The notes under the pieces: generated by a model | Databases searched by the model: none | What the model was told of the DNA's origin: nothing | Seen by the model: the letters and a program-made list of their open reading frames with translations, nothing else | Source: an uncultured Planctomycetaceae bacterium | Lineage (GTDB): Bacteria; Planctomycetota; Planctomycetia; Planctomycetales; Planctomycetaceae | DNA length: 64,000 nucleotides | NCBI GenBank assembly: GCA_963815195.1 | Contig: CAWFGE010000022.1 | Location: 1-64,000, forward strand | Direction: 5' to 3' | Translations under genes and position numbers: made by a program | Part shown: positions 43,167-52,888 of the stretch, piece by piece | How positions within the stretch are numbered: the first letter of the stretch is position 1 | Layout: each line of letters opens with the position of its first letter

Positions 43167-45287
43167 ATGAGTGCACATATTCCTGCCGCGACCCGCGATC
43201 CGCTCGGAGGCGGCACGGGGACTCTGGAAGTCAACGTCGCCAAGACGTTCCTGGCCTCCACAAAGGACCTCGCCACCGCCGACCGCGGGCGGGTGTTCGA
43301 CTTCTTGGCGAAGTTTATGGACAACCCCGCGCACCCGGGCATCAGTCTGGAGCGCGTGCAGAATGCCGGCGATGCGGAGATGTGGTCCGCCCGCATCACG
43401 CAGAGCCTCAGGGCGATTTTGCACCGCTCCGGTTCCCGGAACACGCTGCTTTACGCCGGGCAGCACGATGAGGCCTACCACTGGGCCCTGCGCCGGCGGT
43501 TGGAGCATCATCCCGTCACAGGCAGCCTCCAGATTGTGGAAACGGCCGAGACCGCCGAGGAACTGCTCGCGAAATCGACGTCCCCCGCGAACGGTTTCGC
43601 TCCAGAGAACGCCGGCCTGTTTGCCGATTTTGACGATGAGTACCTTGTGAGCCTGGGCCTCCCCCGCGATTGGCTGCCGACGATTCGCCGGGTCCGGTTT
43701 GAAGACCAGGTGCTCGTCGTCGTGGAACGGTTGCCGGAGGAAGTCGGCGAGCGGTTGTTGGCTTTGGCCAGCGGGGAGTTTGTCACGCCGCCGACACCGG
43801 TCGCTCCCGAACGGCCGCTTGCGGAAAACCCCGACAACCGCCGGCGGTTTTGGGTGGTGAAAGACGCCGAGGAACTTCACGACATCCTCAGCCGGCCTTT
43901 GACGGATTGGGTCAAGTTTTTGCATCCGTCGCAAGAGCGGCTGGTGACGGGCAAGTTTGGCGGAGCGGTCAAAGTCACCGGAGCGGCGGGCACGGGCAAA
44001 ACCATCGTCGCCCTGCACCGCGCCCGCCACCTGGCGACGGAAGGTAATACGGTGTTTCTGACAAGCTACGTCAGCACGCTCTGTCGAAACCTCCGGCGGA
44101 ATTTGCAAATCCTCTGTTCCGAGGATGTGCTTTCAAAGATCACGGTGGGAACCATTCATCACCGCGCCCTCTCTCTCGCCCGGCAAATCCTGCCGAAACT
44201 TCGGCCTTTGGAATCCAAAGAGTTCCGCGATCTTGTCGGCCGGTTGCAAGCGTTCGGGCATCCGGATATTTCGACGGAGTTTTTGATCGCCGAGTGGCAG
44301 GGCGTCGTGGAACCTTTGGGCATCAGCAGTTGGGAGGAATACCAGGGTGCTCCGCGAATCGGCCGGGGGCGGCCACTCAAGCAAAGCGAACGCGAAGGCT
44401 GTTGGCGGGTGTTCGAGGCGCTGCGGGCGGAGATGGAACAAGGGTCCGCCTACCCCTGGGAGCAAATCTGCGAGATGGCCCGCGTGGGCTTGGAGAGCGG
44501 GCATCTGCAAAGCCCCTTCGACGCCGTGATCGTCGATGAAGTGCAGGACCTCCAGCCCTCTGCCCTGCGGTTGATTGCGGAACTCGCCAAAAACGCCGAG
44601 CACAACTTGCTGCTCGCGGGCGACGCCGGGCAGCGGATTTATCCCGGCGGATTCAGCCTCCGGCGGCTGGGGATCGATGTCCGCGGCCGGTCGCATGTGC
44701 TGCGGATCAATTATCGCACCACCGAGCAAATCCGCCGCTTCGCGGATCGCCTGCTTCCCGATGCGGTCGACGATCTCGACAGCGAAGTCTACCACCGCCG
44801 ATCGCATTGTCTCCTGCATGGCCCGAAGCCTCGGCTCCAAGGTTTTGAAACCGCGGCCGAGGAAGACGAGTTCATCGCCCGGCGGATTGAAGAGTTGTTG
44901 AGCGAAGGCCTCGCCACCGATGAAATCGCGATCTTCGCCCGCACGGGGAAACGCTTGGAATCGCTGAGGAGTTGTCTCGAAGACAGGGGCATTGTGCCGC
45001 ATCTGCTCAGCCGGGATGATGAGGCGGACCCCGAAACCGCCATCCGCGTCGGCACGATGCACCGCGCGAAAGGCTTGGAGTTCAAAGTCGTCTTTGCGAT
45101 CGATTGCAGCGACGGCGTCCTGCCCCATCCCAAAGCCCTCGCTCAAGCCGAGGAGATAGAGGACAATGACCAGGCCCTCGCCCGCGAACGGCAACTGCTC
45201 TATGTCACCCTGACCCGCGCCCGGGATGAAACCTGCATCACCTGGACCAAGACCCCGTCCTCGTTTTTGGCCGGGCTGGAGGGTTAG
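43167..45287 (+). CDS. UvrD/Rep (SF1) helicase with N-terminal RelE-like domain
   Basis: GAAGTGKT, VDEVQD, GDAGQRIY, INYRTT, TMHRAKGLEF, LLYVTLTRARD. Confidence 0.9.
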   Translation: MSAHIPAATRDPLGGGTGTLEVNVAKTFLASTKDLATADRGRVFDFLAKFMDNPAHPGISLERVQNAGDAEMWSARITQSLRAILHRSGSRNTLLYAGQHDEAYHWALRRRLEHHPVTGSLQIVETAETAEELLAKSTSPANGFAPENAGLFADFDDEYLVSLGLPRDWLPTIRRVRFEDQVLVVVERLPEEVGERLLALASGEFVTPPTPVAPERPLAENPDNRRRFWVVKDAEELHDILSRPLTDWVKFLHPSQERLVTGKFGGAVKVTGAAGTGKTIVALHRARHLATEGNTVFLTSYVSTLCRNLRRNLQILCSEDVLSKITVGTIHHRALSLARQILPKLRPLESKEFRDLVGRLQAFGHPDISTEFLIAEWQGVVEPLGISSWEEYQGAPRIGRGRPLKQSEREGCWRVFEALRAEMEQGSAYPWEQICEMARVGLESGHLQSPFDAVIVDEVQDLQPSALRLIAELAKNAEHNLLLAGDAGQRIYPGGFSLRRLGIDVRGRSHVLRINYRTTEQIRRFADRLLPDAVDDLDSEVYHRRSHCLLHGPKPRLQGFETAAEEDEFIARRIEELLSEGLATDEIAIFARTGKRLESLRSCLEDRGIVPHLLSRDDEADPETAIRVGTMHRAKGLEFKVVFAIDCSDGVLPHPKALAQAEEIEDNDQALARERQLLYVTLTRARDETCITWTKTPSSFLAGLEG

Positions 45288-45317
45288 AACATTGAAGAGA
45301 TTTGCAAAAGAGAGCGG

Positions 45318-45398
45318 CGGGTGGCACGCCCTGAGGAACGAAGGGCGTGGTCCTTGCGATCGCCACGCCCTTCGCTGCATTCAGGGTCGTGCCACCCG
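45318..45398. repeat. REP doublet
   Basis: CGGGTGGCACGCCCTGAGG...TCAGGGTCGTGCCACCCG. Confidence 0.75.
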
Positions 45399-45443
45399 TG
45401 ACCTGAATCCTACTTCAAAAAACACCACCGAAAGCGATGATCG

Positions 45444-45752
45444 ATGCCCACGCGTGCCCAGTTGGAAGAGTTGTTGAAGTCCGATCCCGAAGACACGTTT
45501 TTGCTTTACGCGCACGCCAAGGCGTGCGTGAACGAAGGCGATGTCGCGAAGGGACTCAGCCAGTTCGAGGAAGTCTTGAAACGCGACCCCAAGCACGTGG
45601 CGGCGTATTTCCAAAAAGCGCAGGTCCTCGCCGAGCATAGCGAGACCAACGAGGCCCGGCAGGTCGTCACCCAAGGGATTGAGGTCGCCCACGAAGTCGG
45701 CGACGCCCACGCCGAGGAAGAAATGCGCGGCTTTCTCGCCTCGTTGGAGTGA
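45444..45752 (+). CDS. Small TPR protein
   Basis: DPEDTFLLYAHA...DPKHVAAYFQKAQ...GDAHAEEEMRGFL. Confidence 0.85.
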   Translation: MPTRAQLEELLKSDPEDTFLLYAHAKACVNEGDVAKGLSQFEEVLKRDPKHVAAYFQKAQVLAEHSETNEARQVVTQGIEVAHEVGDAHAEEEMRGFLASLE

Positions 45753-45756
45753 AAAT

Positions 45757-45910
45757 GTGAGCGGTAGGCGCTAGCCTCCGGCCTCGAGGAAGGGAAATTC
45801 CTCGAAACGAAAGCCGGCGGCTAGTCGAGTAGCCCGTTGCGAAGGGCGTGGCAAACCGCCTCGATCATCCTCACCGACCACGCCCTTCGTTCCTCAGGGC
45901 GTGCCACCCA
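45757..45910. repeat. Two adjacent truncated REP doublets of different families
   Basis: GTGAGCGGTAGGCGCTAGCC...CCGGCGGCTAG, then GAAGGGCGTGG...CAGGGCGTGCCACCC. Confidence 0.7.
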
Positions 45911-46045
45911 ATTCACGGATTTCTCGCCTCGTTGGATTGAGCCACGCAACCCGCAACCATTGCAATTCGCGGGCCGCGCGAGAATCATGGTAGTCATCGG
46001 CTTCATTGAAAAACCCCTCCGTGAATACCTTCCGAGGATGACGCC

Positions 46046-49000
46046 ATGCGGATGATCTTCTTTCTGGCAATTGTCGGCTTACTGCAAAATCCCTTGTTCG
46101 CTCAAACCGAGGGCTACTTGGTGGGGGCGGCGGTGGAGGACATCACGCCGGGCTTTCCCATCCGCCTTACCGGCTACGGCAGCCGGCAGTTTGAATCTGC
46201 GGGCGTCGAGCAAAAACTGCACGCGCGGGCGTTGGCGGTGAAGGAGAACGGCTCCGCCGAGCCCGCCGTCATCTGCACGGTGGAAGTCTTGGGGATCACG
46301 CCCGAACTTCGCCAGGCGATTCTTGCCGAGGTCAACAAAACCCAAAAACTGGCGAACGAGCGGTTTGAGATTTGCGCGACGCATACGCACACGGGGCCTT
46401 CTATCAACGGCGTCTGCCCACTGATCTTAGGCGACACGATCCGCCCCGCGGAGCAAAAGCATATCGATCAATACTCCAAGGAACTCGTTCCCAAGGTCGC
46501 GAGCGCCGTCACCAAAGCCATCGCCAACCTCAAGCCGGGCGGTTTGTTTTTCGGCCGCGGCAAGGCGGGCTTCGCGGTGAACCGCCGGGTTTTGAAAGAC
46601 GGCATCTGGTCGGGCTTCGGCGTCAATCCCGACGGGCCGGTGGATCATCAGCTTCCGATCCTCGTCGTCAAGGACAAAAGCGGAAAAGTCGCCTTCGTGC
46701 TCGCGAATTATGCCTGCCATTGCACCACGTTCGGCGGGCGGTTCAACAAGATCAGCGGCGACTGGGCGGGATATGCGTCCGAAGCTTTGGAGCAAGAATA
46801 TCCCGGCTCCGTCGCACTTGTGTCCATCGGCTGCGGAGCCGACGCCAATCCCGAACCCCGCGACGGCGACGAGGCTCTGAAATCCGCGAAGCAGCACGGC
46901 GAGGAGTTGGCCAAAGAAGTCGGCCGCTTGATCGCCGGCGAACTCAGACCGCTTTCCGGCCCCATCGCCGGGAAGATCACCACGATCAAGTTGCCCTTCG
47001 ATCGTCCGCGGACGAAAGAGGAATGGGAAAAGCTCGCGAAGGAGCGAAACCAGACCGGAACCTATGGCCGATATTTTCTGGACCTCTTCAACAAGAAGGC
47101 CGTGCCAAAGGAATTGGACTACACCGTGTCCACGCTGACCTTCGGGGATGACCTGGCGATGGTGTTTCTCGCGGGTGAGGTCGTGGTGGATTATGGCATT
47201 CGGCTGTCGGGCGAACTCGACGCCAACCGCCTGTGGGTGTCGAGTTATTCGAACGATGTGCCCTGCTACATCCCGTCGCGGCGGATTCTGCGGGAGCGCG
47301 GCTACGAAGCCGACCGCTCGATGGAATTCTACCGCCGGCCCAACCGCTTCAGCCCGGCGATCGAGGATCTGATCGTCGATGCCGTGCAGAGGCTGTTGCC
47401 TCCCGAGTTTTATTCCAAGGAAAAAAGGGCCGAGTTCCCGCCGCCCAAATCGCCCGCAGAGGCGATTGGGTCCTTCAAACTCCCCGCAGGTTTGAAGCTG
47501 GAACTCGCCGCGGCCGAGCCTTTGATCGCCGACCCCGTGGCGTTCGATTGGGGGATGGACGGTTCGTTGTGGGTCGTGGAGATGGGCGATTATCCCAACG
47601 GCGTCGATGGACAAGGGAAACCGGGCGGCCGCGTAAAACATTTGATCGACACCGACGCCGACGGCCGGTTTGATCAGATGACCGTGTTCCTCAAAGACCT
47701 GCCCTTTCCGACGGGCGTGAAGGTTTGGCGGAAAGGCGTGCTCATCACCGCAGCCCCGAAAATTCTGTACGCGGAAGACGAGAACGGCGACGGGACCGCG
47801 GATTCGGTCAAAACCCTTTACGAAGGCTTTGGCGAAGGCAACCAGCAGCACCGCGTGAACGGCCTTCGCTGGGGCTTGGACAACTGGCTTTACGTCGGAA
47901 ACGGCGACAGCCACGGCGAGATTCGCTCCGCCAAAACCAACGCCCACGTCAGCGTGCGGAAACGCGATCTTCGCATCCGGCCCGATGAGGGGCTGCTCGA
48001 AGCCATGTCCGGCAACACGCAGTTCGGCATCAATCGCGACGATTGGGGCAACTGGTTCGGCGGCAACAACAGCAACCCCATGTGGCAGTACGTCCTCAAT
48101 CAGCGGTATCTCGACCGCAACCCCCACGTCGTCCCGCCGGAAGCCAAAGTCATGGTCTCGAACCAACCGGGAGCCGCCCCGGTGTTTCCCCGCAGCCGGA
48201 CTTTGCACCGCTTCAATGATTTTTATGCCGCCAACCGTTTTACGTCCGCTTGCAGTCCGATGATCTACCGCGACCATCTGCTGGGCGAATCCTACGCCGG
48301 GAATGCCTTCGTCTGCGAACCCGTGCACAACCTGGTGCACCGGGAAGTCGTAAGCCAGGCAGGCGTGCGGTTCGCGAGCCGGCGGGCGGACTCCGAACAA
48401 GCCTCGGAGTTTTTCGCGTCCGACGACAACTGGTCTCGGCCGGTGATGATCCGCACGGGACCCGATGGGGCATTGTGGGTCGCGGACTTTTATCGGTTTG
48501 TGATCGAGCACCCCAAATGGATCCCGGAACATCAGCAGCGGAAAGTCGACGTCCGCGCGGGCAGCGACCGCGGGCGGATTTATCGGATCGTTCCAGAACG
48601 TGGAGCGCGGCCGATGCCGAATTTGGAGAAACTTTCGATCGAGGAATTAGTGAAGGTCGTGGAATCGCCCAATGGCACCTTGCGGGACATGGCGCATCAA
48701 CTCTTATTGTGGAAGCACGATCCCAAATCGATTCCGCTTTTGGAGAAAATGGCCGTCGATGATCCAAAACCGCTCGCGCGGCTGCATGCGTTGTGCGTGC
48801 TGGATGGACTCGATGCCGTCAATGAAGAACTGTTGTTGCAGGTGCTTTCCGATGCGGATCTCCGCGTGGCTCGGCATGCGGTGCGGATCAGCGAAGCCTT
48901 CGTGAATGAGTCCTCGCAAATCGGTGAGCGCTGGGTCGCCTTCGCGGCCACAAAAGATCCGCTCCTCAAAATGCAAGTCGCGTATTCGCTCGGCGAATGG

Positions 49001-50689
49001 AAATCTCCCGCAGCCGGCAACGCCTTGGCGAAGATTCTCATGAGCGCCAAAGACGATCCCTACCTCACCGCGGCCGCCGTGAGTTCACTCACTCAAAACA
49101 ATCTGGAAGCCGCGATCGAGACGTGTTTGAAACAACTTAACGCAAAGTCGATTCCCGCGTATCTGACGCCGGTCTTGCAAACCGCTTTGGGGCAAAAGCG
49201 CGGCGACTTGGCGGCTCGGCTTTTGCTTGCGATCTTGCCGGATGCCCAGCCCATCACCATGAAGGACCTTCAAACCGCCCGGCAACCGTTGGCGGCGATC
49301 GGCTCGAAACGCGGGACATTGAACTCGCTGCTGAAAACCCAAATCGAGTTGCGAAATCGTCTGCAAAAATACCACGCCGCCGCTTTGCAAACGGCTCTCG
49401 ATCCGAACGCCCTTGTCAACGATCGCGTTTTGGCGATTGGGTTTCTGGGCGAAGGCGTTGGCGGAAGCTCGCACGCTGTGCAGAAATTGGAAAAGCTCAT
49501 CAGCCTGACAACGCCAACGGCGATCCAGGTCCGCGTGGTCGAAGCGATCAATGCCCAAAGCGATGATGCGGCGTTTGGCCGGCTGTTGAAAACGTTTCGC
49601 CAACTGACGCCCCCGGTGAAGTCCGCCGTGCTCGCCGGGGCGGAGCGAAGTTCCGCCCGGCAGAAGCTTCTGTTGGAAGCCGTCGAACGCGGCGACGTTC
49701 CGGCGACGGAGTTGAGCGTTTCGCTCAGGCAGCGGTTGCTCGATCATCGGGATTCCAGCATTCGCCGACTGGCCCAAAAGACGCTGGGCGTTTCCGAATC
49801 GCGGAAAGAGATCCTCGCGTTGCGCGCATCGTGTTTGAAGCTTATCGGCGACTTGGAACGGGGGCAACAAGTTTTCAAAAAGCAGTGCAGCCAGTGTCAT
49901 AAGGTGGGCGAGACCGGGCACGCGGTGGGGCCGGATTTGGCTTCGCTGACGAACCGCTCCCCGCAGGCGATGTTCGTGGCGATCCTCGACCCCAATGCCG
50001 CGATGGAAGACAAGTTCGCCCAGTACCTCGCGATCACCTCGGCGGGTATCACGCACAACGGGCAACTTATCAATGAGACGGCGAACTCGATCACGTTCGA
50101 AGGCCCGGAGAGCAAGCGCGTGGAACTGTTGCGGTCCGACCTGGAAGAGTTTCGCTCCACGGGCAAATCGCTGATGCCCGAGGGCCTCGAGAAAGTGCTC
50201 TCCGACCAGGACCTGGCGGACGTGATGGCCTATGTCGGCGAGATCGGCCCCGATCCGAAATCATTCCCCGGCTTAAATCCGCGGAAGATCGTCCAGGACC
50301 AGGGCCCCATCCGCCTGCCGGCGTCGTCGGCGTTTCTTTATGGAGACCTCATCCGCTTTGAGCGGAAGTACGAAAACCTGGGCACCTGGGGCCGGCCCAC
50401 GGACCGGGCCATGTGGAAGCTGCAGGTCACGGAACCGGGCAACTACCAAATCGAGTTGGATTATTCCTGCGATCCGCTGCACGCGGGCAACCGGTTTCGC
50501 TTGAGCCTCGGCAACCAGACAGTCGACGGGACGGCCCTAAGCACCGGGTCCTGGGATCAATTCGCGTCGCATCCGCTCGGCACGGTCCACCTGGAGCCCG
50601 GCCCCACGCGGATCGTCCTCCAAAGCATCGGCCCCATCCGCCGCGAATCGCTGATGAAGCTCCGCACGGTGCAGTTGTCGCCGAAATAA
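46046..50689 (+). CDS. Ceramidase-like N-domain + PVC-type dehydrogenase propeller + HEAT + heme CxxCH + CBM-like domain
   Basis: ATHTHTGP, NYACH, AAEPLIADPV, WGLDNWLY, GPDGALWVAD, CSQCH, GPDL, SLMPEGLE. Confidence 0.9.
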   Translation: MRMIFFLAIVGLLQNPLFAQTEGYLVGAAVEDITPGFPIRLTGYGSRQFESAGVEQKLHARALAVKENGSAEPAVICTVEVLGITPELRQAILAEVNKTQKLANERFEICATHTHTGPSINGVCPLILGDTIRPAEQKHIDQYSKELVPKVASAVTKAIANLKPGGLFFGRGKAGFAVNRRVLKDGIWSGFGVNPDGPVDHQLPILVVKDKSGKVAFVLANYACHCTTFGGRFNKISGDWAGYASEALEQEYPGSVALVSIGCGADANPEPRDGDEALKSAKQHGEELAKEVGRLIAGELRPLSGPIAGKITTIKLPFDRPRTKEEWEKLAKERNQTGTYGRYFLDLFNKKAVPKELDYTVSTLTFGDDLAMVFLAGEVVVDYGIRLSGELDANRLWVSSYSNDVPCYIPSRRILRERGYEADRSMEFYRRPNRFSPAIEDLIVDAVQRLLPPEFYSKEKRAEFPPPKSPAEAIGSFKLPAGLKLELAAAEPLIADPVAFDWGMDGSLWVVEMGDYPNGVDGQGKPGGRVKHLIDTDADGRFDQMTVFLKDLPFPTGVKVWRKGVLITAAPKILYAEDENGDGTADSVKTLYEGFGEGNQQHRVNGLRWGLDNWLYVGNGDSHGEIRSAKTNAHVSVRKRDLRIRPDEGLLEAMSGNTQFGINRDDWGNWFGGNNSNPMWQYVLNQRYLDRNPHVVPPEAKVMVSNQPGAAPVFPRSRTLHRFNDFYAANRFTSACSPMIYRDHLLGESYAGNAFVCEPVHNLVHREVVSQAGVRFASRRADSEQASEFFASDDNWSRPVMIRTGPDGALWVADFYRFVIEHPKWIPEHQQRKVDVRAGSDRGRIYRIVPERGARPMPNLEKLSIEELVKVVESPNGTLRDMAHQLLLWKHDPKSIPLLEKMAVDDPKPLARLHALCVLDGLDAVNEELLLQVLSDADLRVARHAVRISEAFVNESSQIGERWVAFAATKDPLLKMQVAYSLGEWKSPAAGNALAKILMSAKDDPYLTAAAVSSLTQNNLEAAIETCLKQLNAKSIPAYLTPVLQTALGQKRGDLAARLLLAILPDAQPITMKDLQTARQPLAAIGSKRGTLNSLLKTQIELRNRLQKYHAAALQTALDPNALVNDRVLAIGFLGEGVGGSSHAVQKLEKLISLTTPTAIQVRVVEAINAQSDDAAFGRLLKTFRQLTPPVKSAVLAGAERSSARQKLLLEAVERGDVPATELSVSLRQRLLDHRDSSIRRLAQKTLGVSESRKEILALRASCLKLIGDLERGQQVFKKQCSQCHKVGETGHAVGPDLASLTNRSPQAMFVAILDPNAAMEDKFAQYLAITSAGITHNGQLINETANSITFEGPESKRVELLRSDLEEFRSTGKSLMPEGLEKVLSDQDLADVMAYVGEIGPDPKSFPGLNPRKIVQDQGPIRLPASSAFLYGDLIRFERKYENLGTWGRPTDRAMWKLQVTEPGNYQIELDYSCDPLHAGNRFRLSLGNQTVDGTALSTGSWDQFASHPLGTVHLEPGPTRIVLQSIGPIRRESLMKLRTVQLSPK

Positions 50690-50766
50690 GCCGATACCTG
50701 CGGGAAGCCCAGCCTGCGTTCGGCGGGCTCGTGAAGATAATCCCAAAATCATTCACCGCACACGGC

Positions 50767-51342
50767 CTACTCCTCGTAGGGGATGCCTTTTTCCTTGTAG
50801 ATCCGCTTCTTCTCGGCTTTGTCTTCGAGAACGACAATATCTCCCGTTTGAGTATCGTAGCCGTAATAGCGATAGGCGGGCTGATTCTGGAATTGAATCC
50901 GGCACTGCTTGGCGAGATCTTTAAATTGCTGAAAACTGACGGGGCGGTCTTCGTTGGCGGCTTTCATGATGTCCAAATTGTGCTTAAAGTTCGTGACTTC
51001 CGCCCGGGAAGCGAGCGTCACATACGCCGAGGCCGCAAAGCTGAGCGGATCGCCGCCTTGGGCTTTGTTGTCCACGACCTCCAAGCCTGGCGTTTCCTGC
51101 TTGGCTTTGGGCCATTCGACCAACCGAGCTTCGACATCGGGAATCGTCTTGTTATTGGCCGGGGCGGGTTGTGCCTGGTTTCCGCCGCCGACCGGGGCGT
51201 CGTCCTGGTCCGGGAGCACCATTCCCGGGAGGCCGCCGGGGGATCGGCCCTTCGGCTTCGCGGCGTTTTGATTGGAAGCGTCTTCCTTCACGCCGCAGCC
51301 GAGCATCGCCGTCGCGAGCAGGCTGAAAACGAACATCCGCAT
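50767..51342 (-). CDS. Hypothetical lipoprotein
   Basis: AGGAG RBS; lipobox MLGC. Confidence 0.7.
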   Translation of the reverse strand: MRMFVFSLLATAMLGCGVKEDASNQNAAKPKGRSPGGLPGMVLPDQDDAPVGGGNQAQPAPANNKTIPDVEARLVEWPKAKQETPGLEVVDNKAQGGDPLSFAASAYVTLASRAEVTNFKHNLDIMKAANEDRPVSFQQFKDLAKQCRIQFQNQPAYRYYGYDTQTGDIVVLEDKAEKKRIYKEKGIPYEE

Positions 51343-51541
51343 GGGTGTCTCCTTGGTGAATCAATCGAGGGGATCAAAACGAGCATCAAACACAAGGTTC
51401 GATTATACAAAACCCCGGCGCGGCTTCCCATGAGACGTCACTCTTGAACGATTCCGTTAACCGGAGTAAGCTAGTTTTCGTCCAATTCAAGAACCCGAGA
51501 ATTCGCCCTCAGCCCTTCTCTGTTTCTCCCGGGGACTTGCC

Positions 51542-52777
51542 ATGACGATTTTCCGCACGTCGCCATCCACGGTTGGTTCGAGGATCGCCGTTCTCGCTTT
51601 GTGTGCCGTCCCTGCCCTCCTTCGAGGATTGGCCAGTCCAAGCAAAGCCCGAGGCGAGGTCGATTATTATTCGCTGCTCGAAGTCCTGGATTCTCGCGAG
51701 AAGACGCTGCAATCGCTTTGCATTTCCGGGCGGTATCAAATCACGACCAAGCTGAGCCAAGCTCAAAAACAGCATCCGTACGCATGGGATAACGACACTT
51801 ATCGCGTCGATTTTGATTGCGACTTTCCAAACCGCCGCTGGCGATATGACGAACGAAAGTCTTGGCTGTTTTCCAAGTTTTCGCAAGAACCTTTTGAAAT
51901 CCGCCATGTAAGTTCGCATGACGGCAAATCGACGTATCGTCTGGCATACACATTCAAAACGGAACCGACCGGCGTCGGTTTCCCCCCGGAACGCGTCTGC
52001 GGACTTGACATTCAGAATGCGGAATATCAGAAACCTGCCCCGCCGCTTCCCCGGCAATTGACACGGACCATCGAGTTCAACGGGAATAAGGAGGCGACGT
52101 TAGGCGATCTGTTTCGGAACGCACCAAGCACCTGGATGGGGTTGAATCGAATTGGGGGCGATGAATGTTATCGCGTTACGGTTCGTCCGCTGGACGGTCG
52201 ATCGCGAATTGACGTTTGGGTCGATGCCGACCACGGGTTTCTGCTTCGCCGCTGGAAATCCGTCCGGCTGGATGATTCGGGGCAACCGAAACTTGCTCCC
52301 GACATCATCGAAAACCTGGCGTTTCGCGAGTTTCCCCTAGCCGGTGGCGGGCATATTTGGTTTCCGACGCGCGCGGTTCACCACACTCTAAGTGGTTCTG
52401 AAAAAACGTTGGAGATTAAGGAACTCAAGATTTCCGAATCATTGCCATTGGAGCGGTTTCAAGTCGATCTTGAAAATCTTCCGCCGGGGGTCTATGTCAC
52501 GGACCGTTGCGCGGACAAGAGTTACTACACCGGAGGAGACGAGGGGCAGAGACTCTATGAAGAATGGCAGCGATTAAATAATGCTCAGCATGAGGTTCTC
52601 AAAAAACGCCTCGGTGTTCCCGCAAGCTCCGTCCCCCTCAAGCGACCTCCATTTGTCCCCCCCAAAAAAGCCGATCAAGACGATGGCCACAGCGTTTGGT
52701 TCATGACCAACGTCTGCCTGCTAGCACTGTTGGCAGGGGGATGGGTGCTGTATCAGTTCCGCCGAAGGTGGGCTTGA
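51542..52777 (+). CDS. Hypothetical exported protein (LolA/sorting-fold-like) with C-terminal TM anchor
   Basis: IDVWVDADHGFLLRR, GHIWFP; atypical codon usage. Confidence 0.6.
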   Translation: MTIFRTSPSTVGSRIAVLALCAVPALLRGLASPSKARGEVDYYSLLEVLDSREKTLQSLCISGRYQITTKLSQAQKQHPYAWDNDTYRVDFDCDFPNRRWRYDERKSWLFSKFSQEPFEIRHVSSHDGKSTYRLAYTFKTEPTGVGFPPERVCGLDIQNAEYQKPAPPLPRQLTRTIEFNGNKEATLGDLFRNAPSTWMGLNRIGGDECYRVTVRPLDGRSRIDVWVDADHGFLLRRWKSVRLDDSGQPKLAPDIIENLAFREFPLAGGGHIWFPTRAVHHTLSGSEKTLEIKELKISESLPLERFQVDLENLPPGVYVTDRCADKSYYTGGDEGQRLYEEWQRLNNAQHEVLKKRLGVPASSVPLKRPPFVPPKKADQDDGHSVWFMTNVCLLALLAGGWVLYQFRRRWA

Positions 52778-52822
52778 ATTGTTTTCAATTCCCGAACGGT
52801 TCGAATCAAACCGCTGAAGCCC

Positions 52823-52860
52823 AAAACCCCGGCTGCCTCTTGGGAAGCGGCCGGGGTTTG
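52823..52860. terminator. Terminator hairpin between convergent genes (groEL)
   Basis: AAACCCCGGCTGC...GCGGCCGGGGTTT. Confidence 0.65.
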
Positions 52861-52888
52861 GGATTTATGGTAAACCGGCAAAAGCGGG

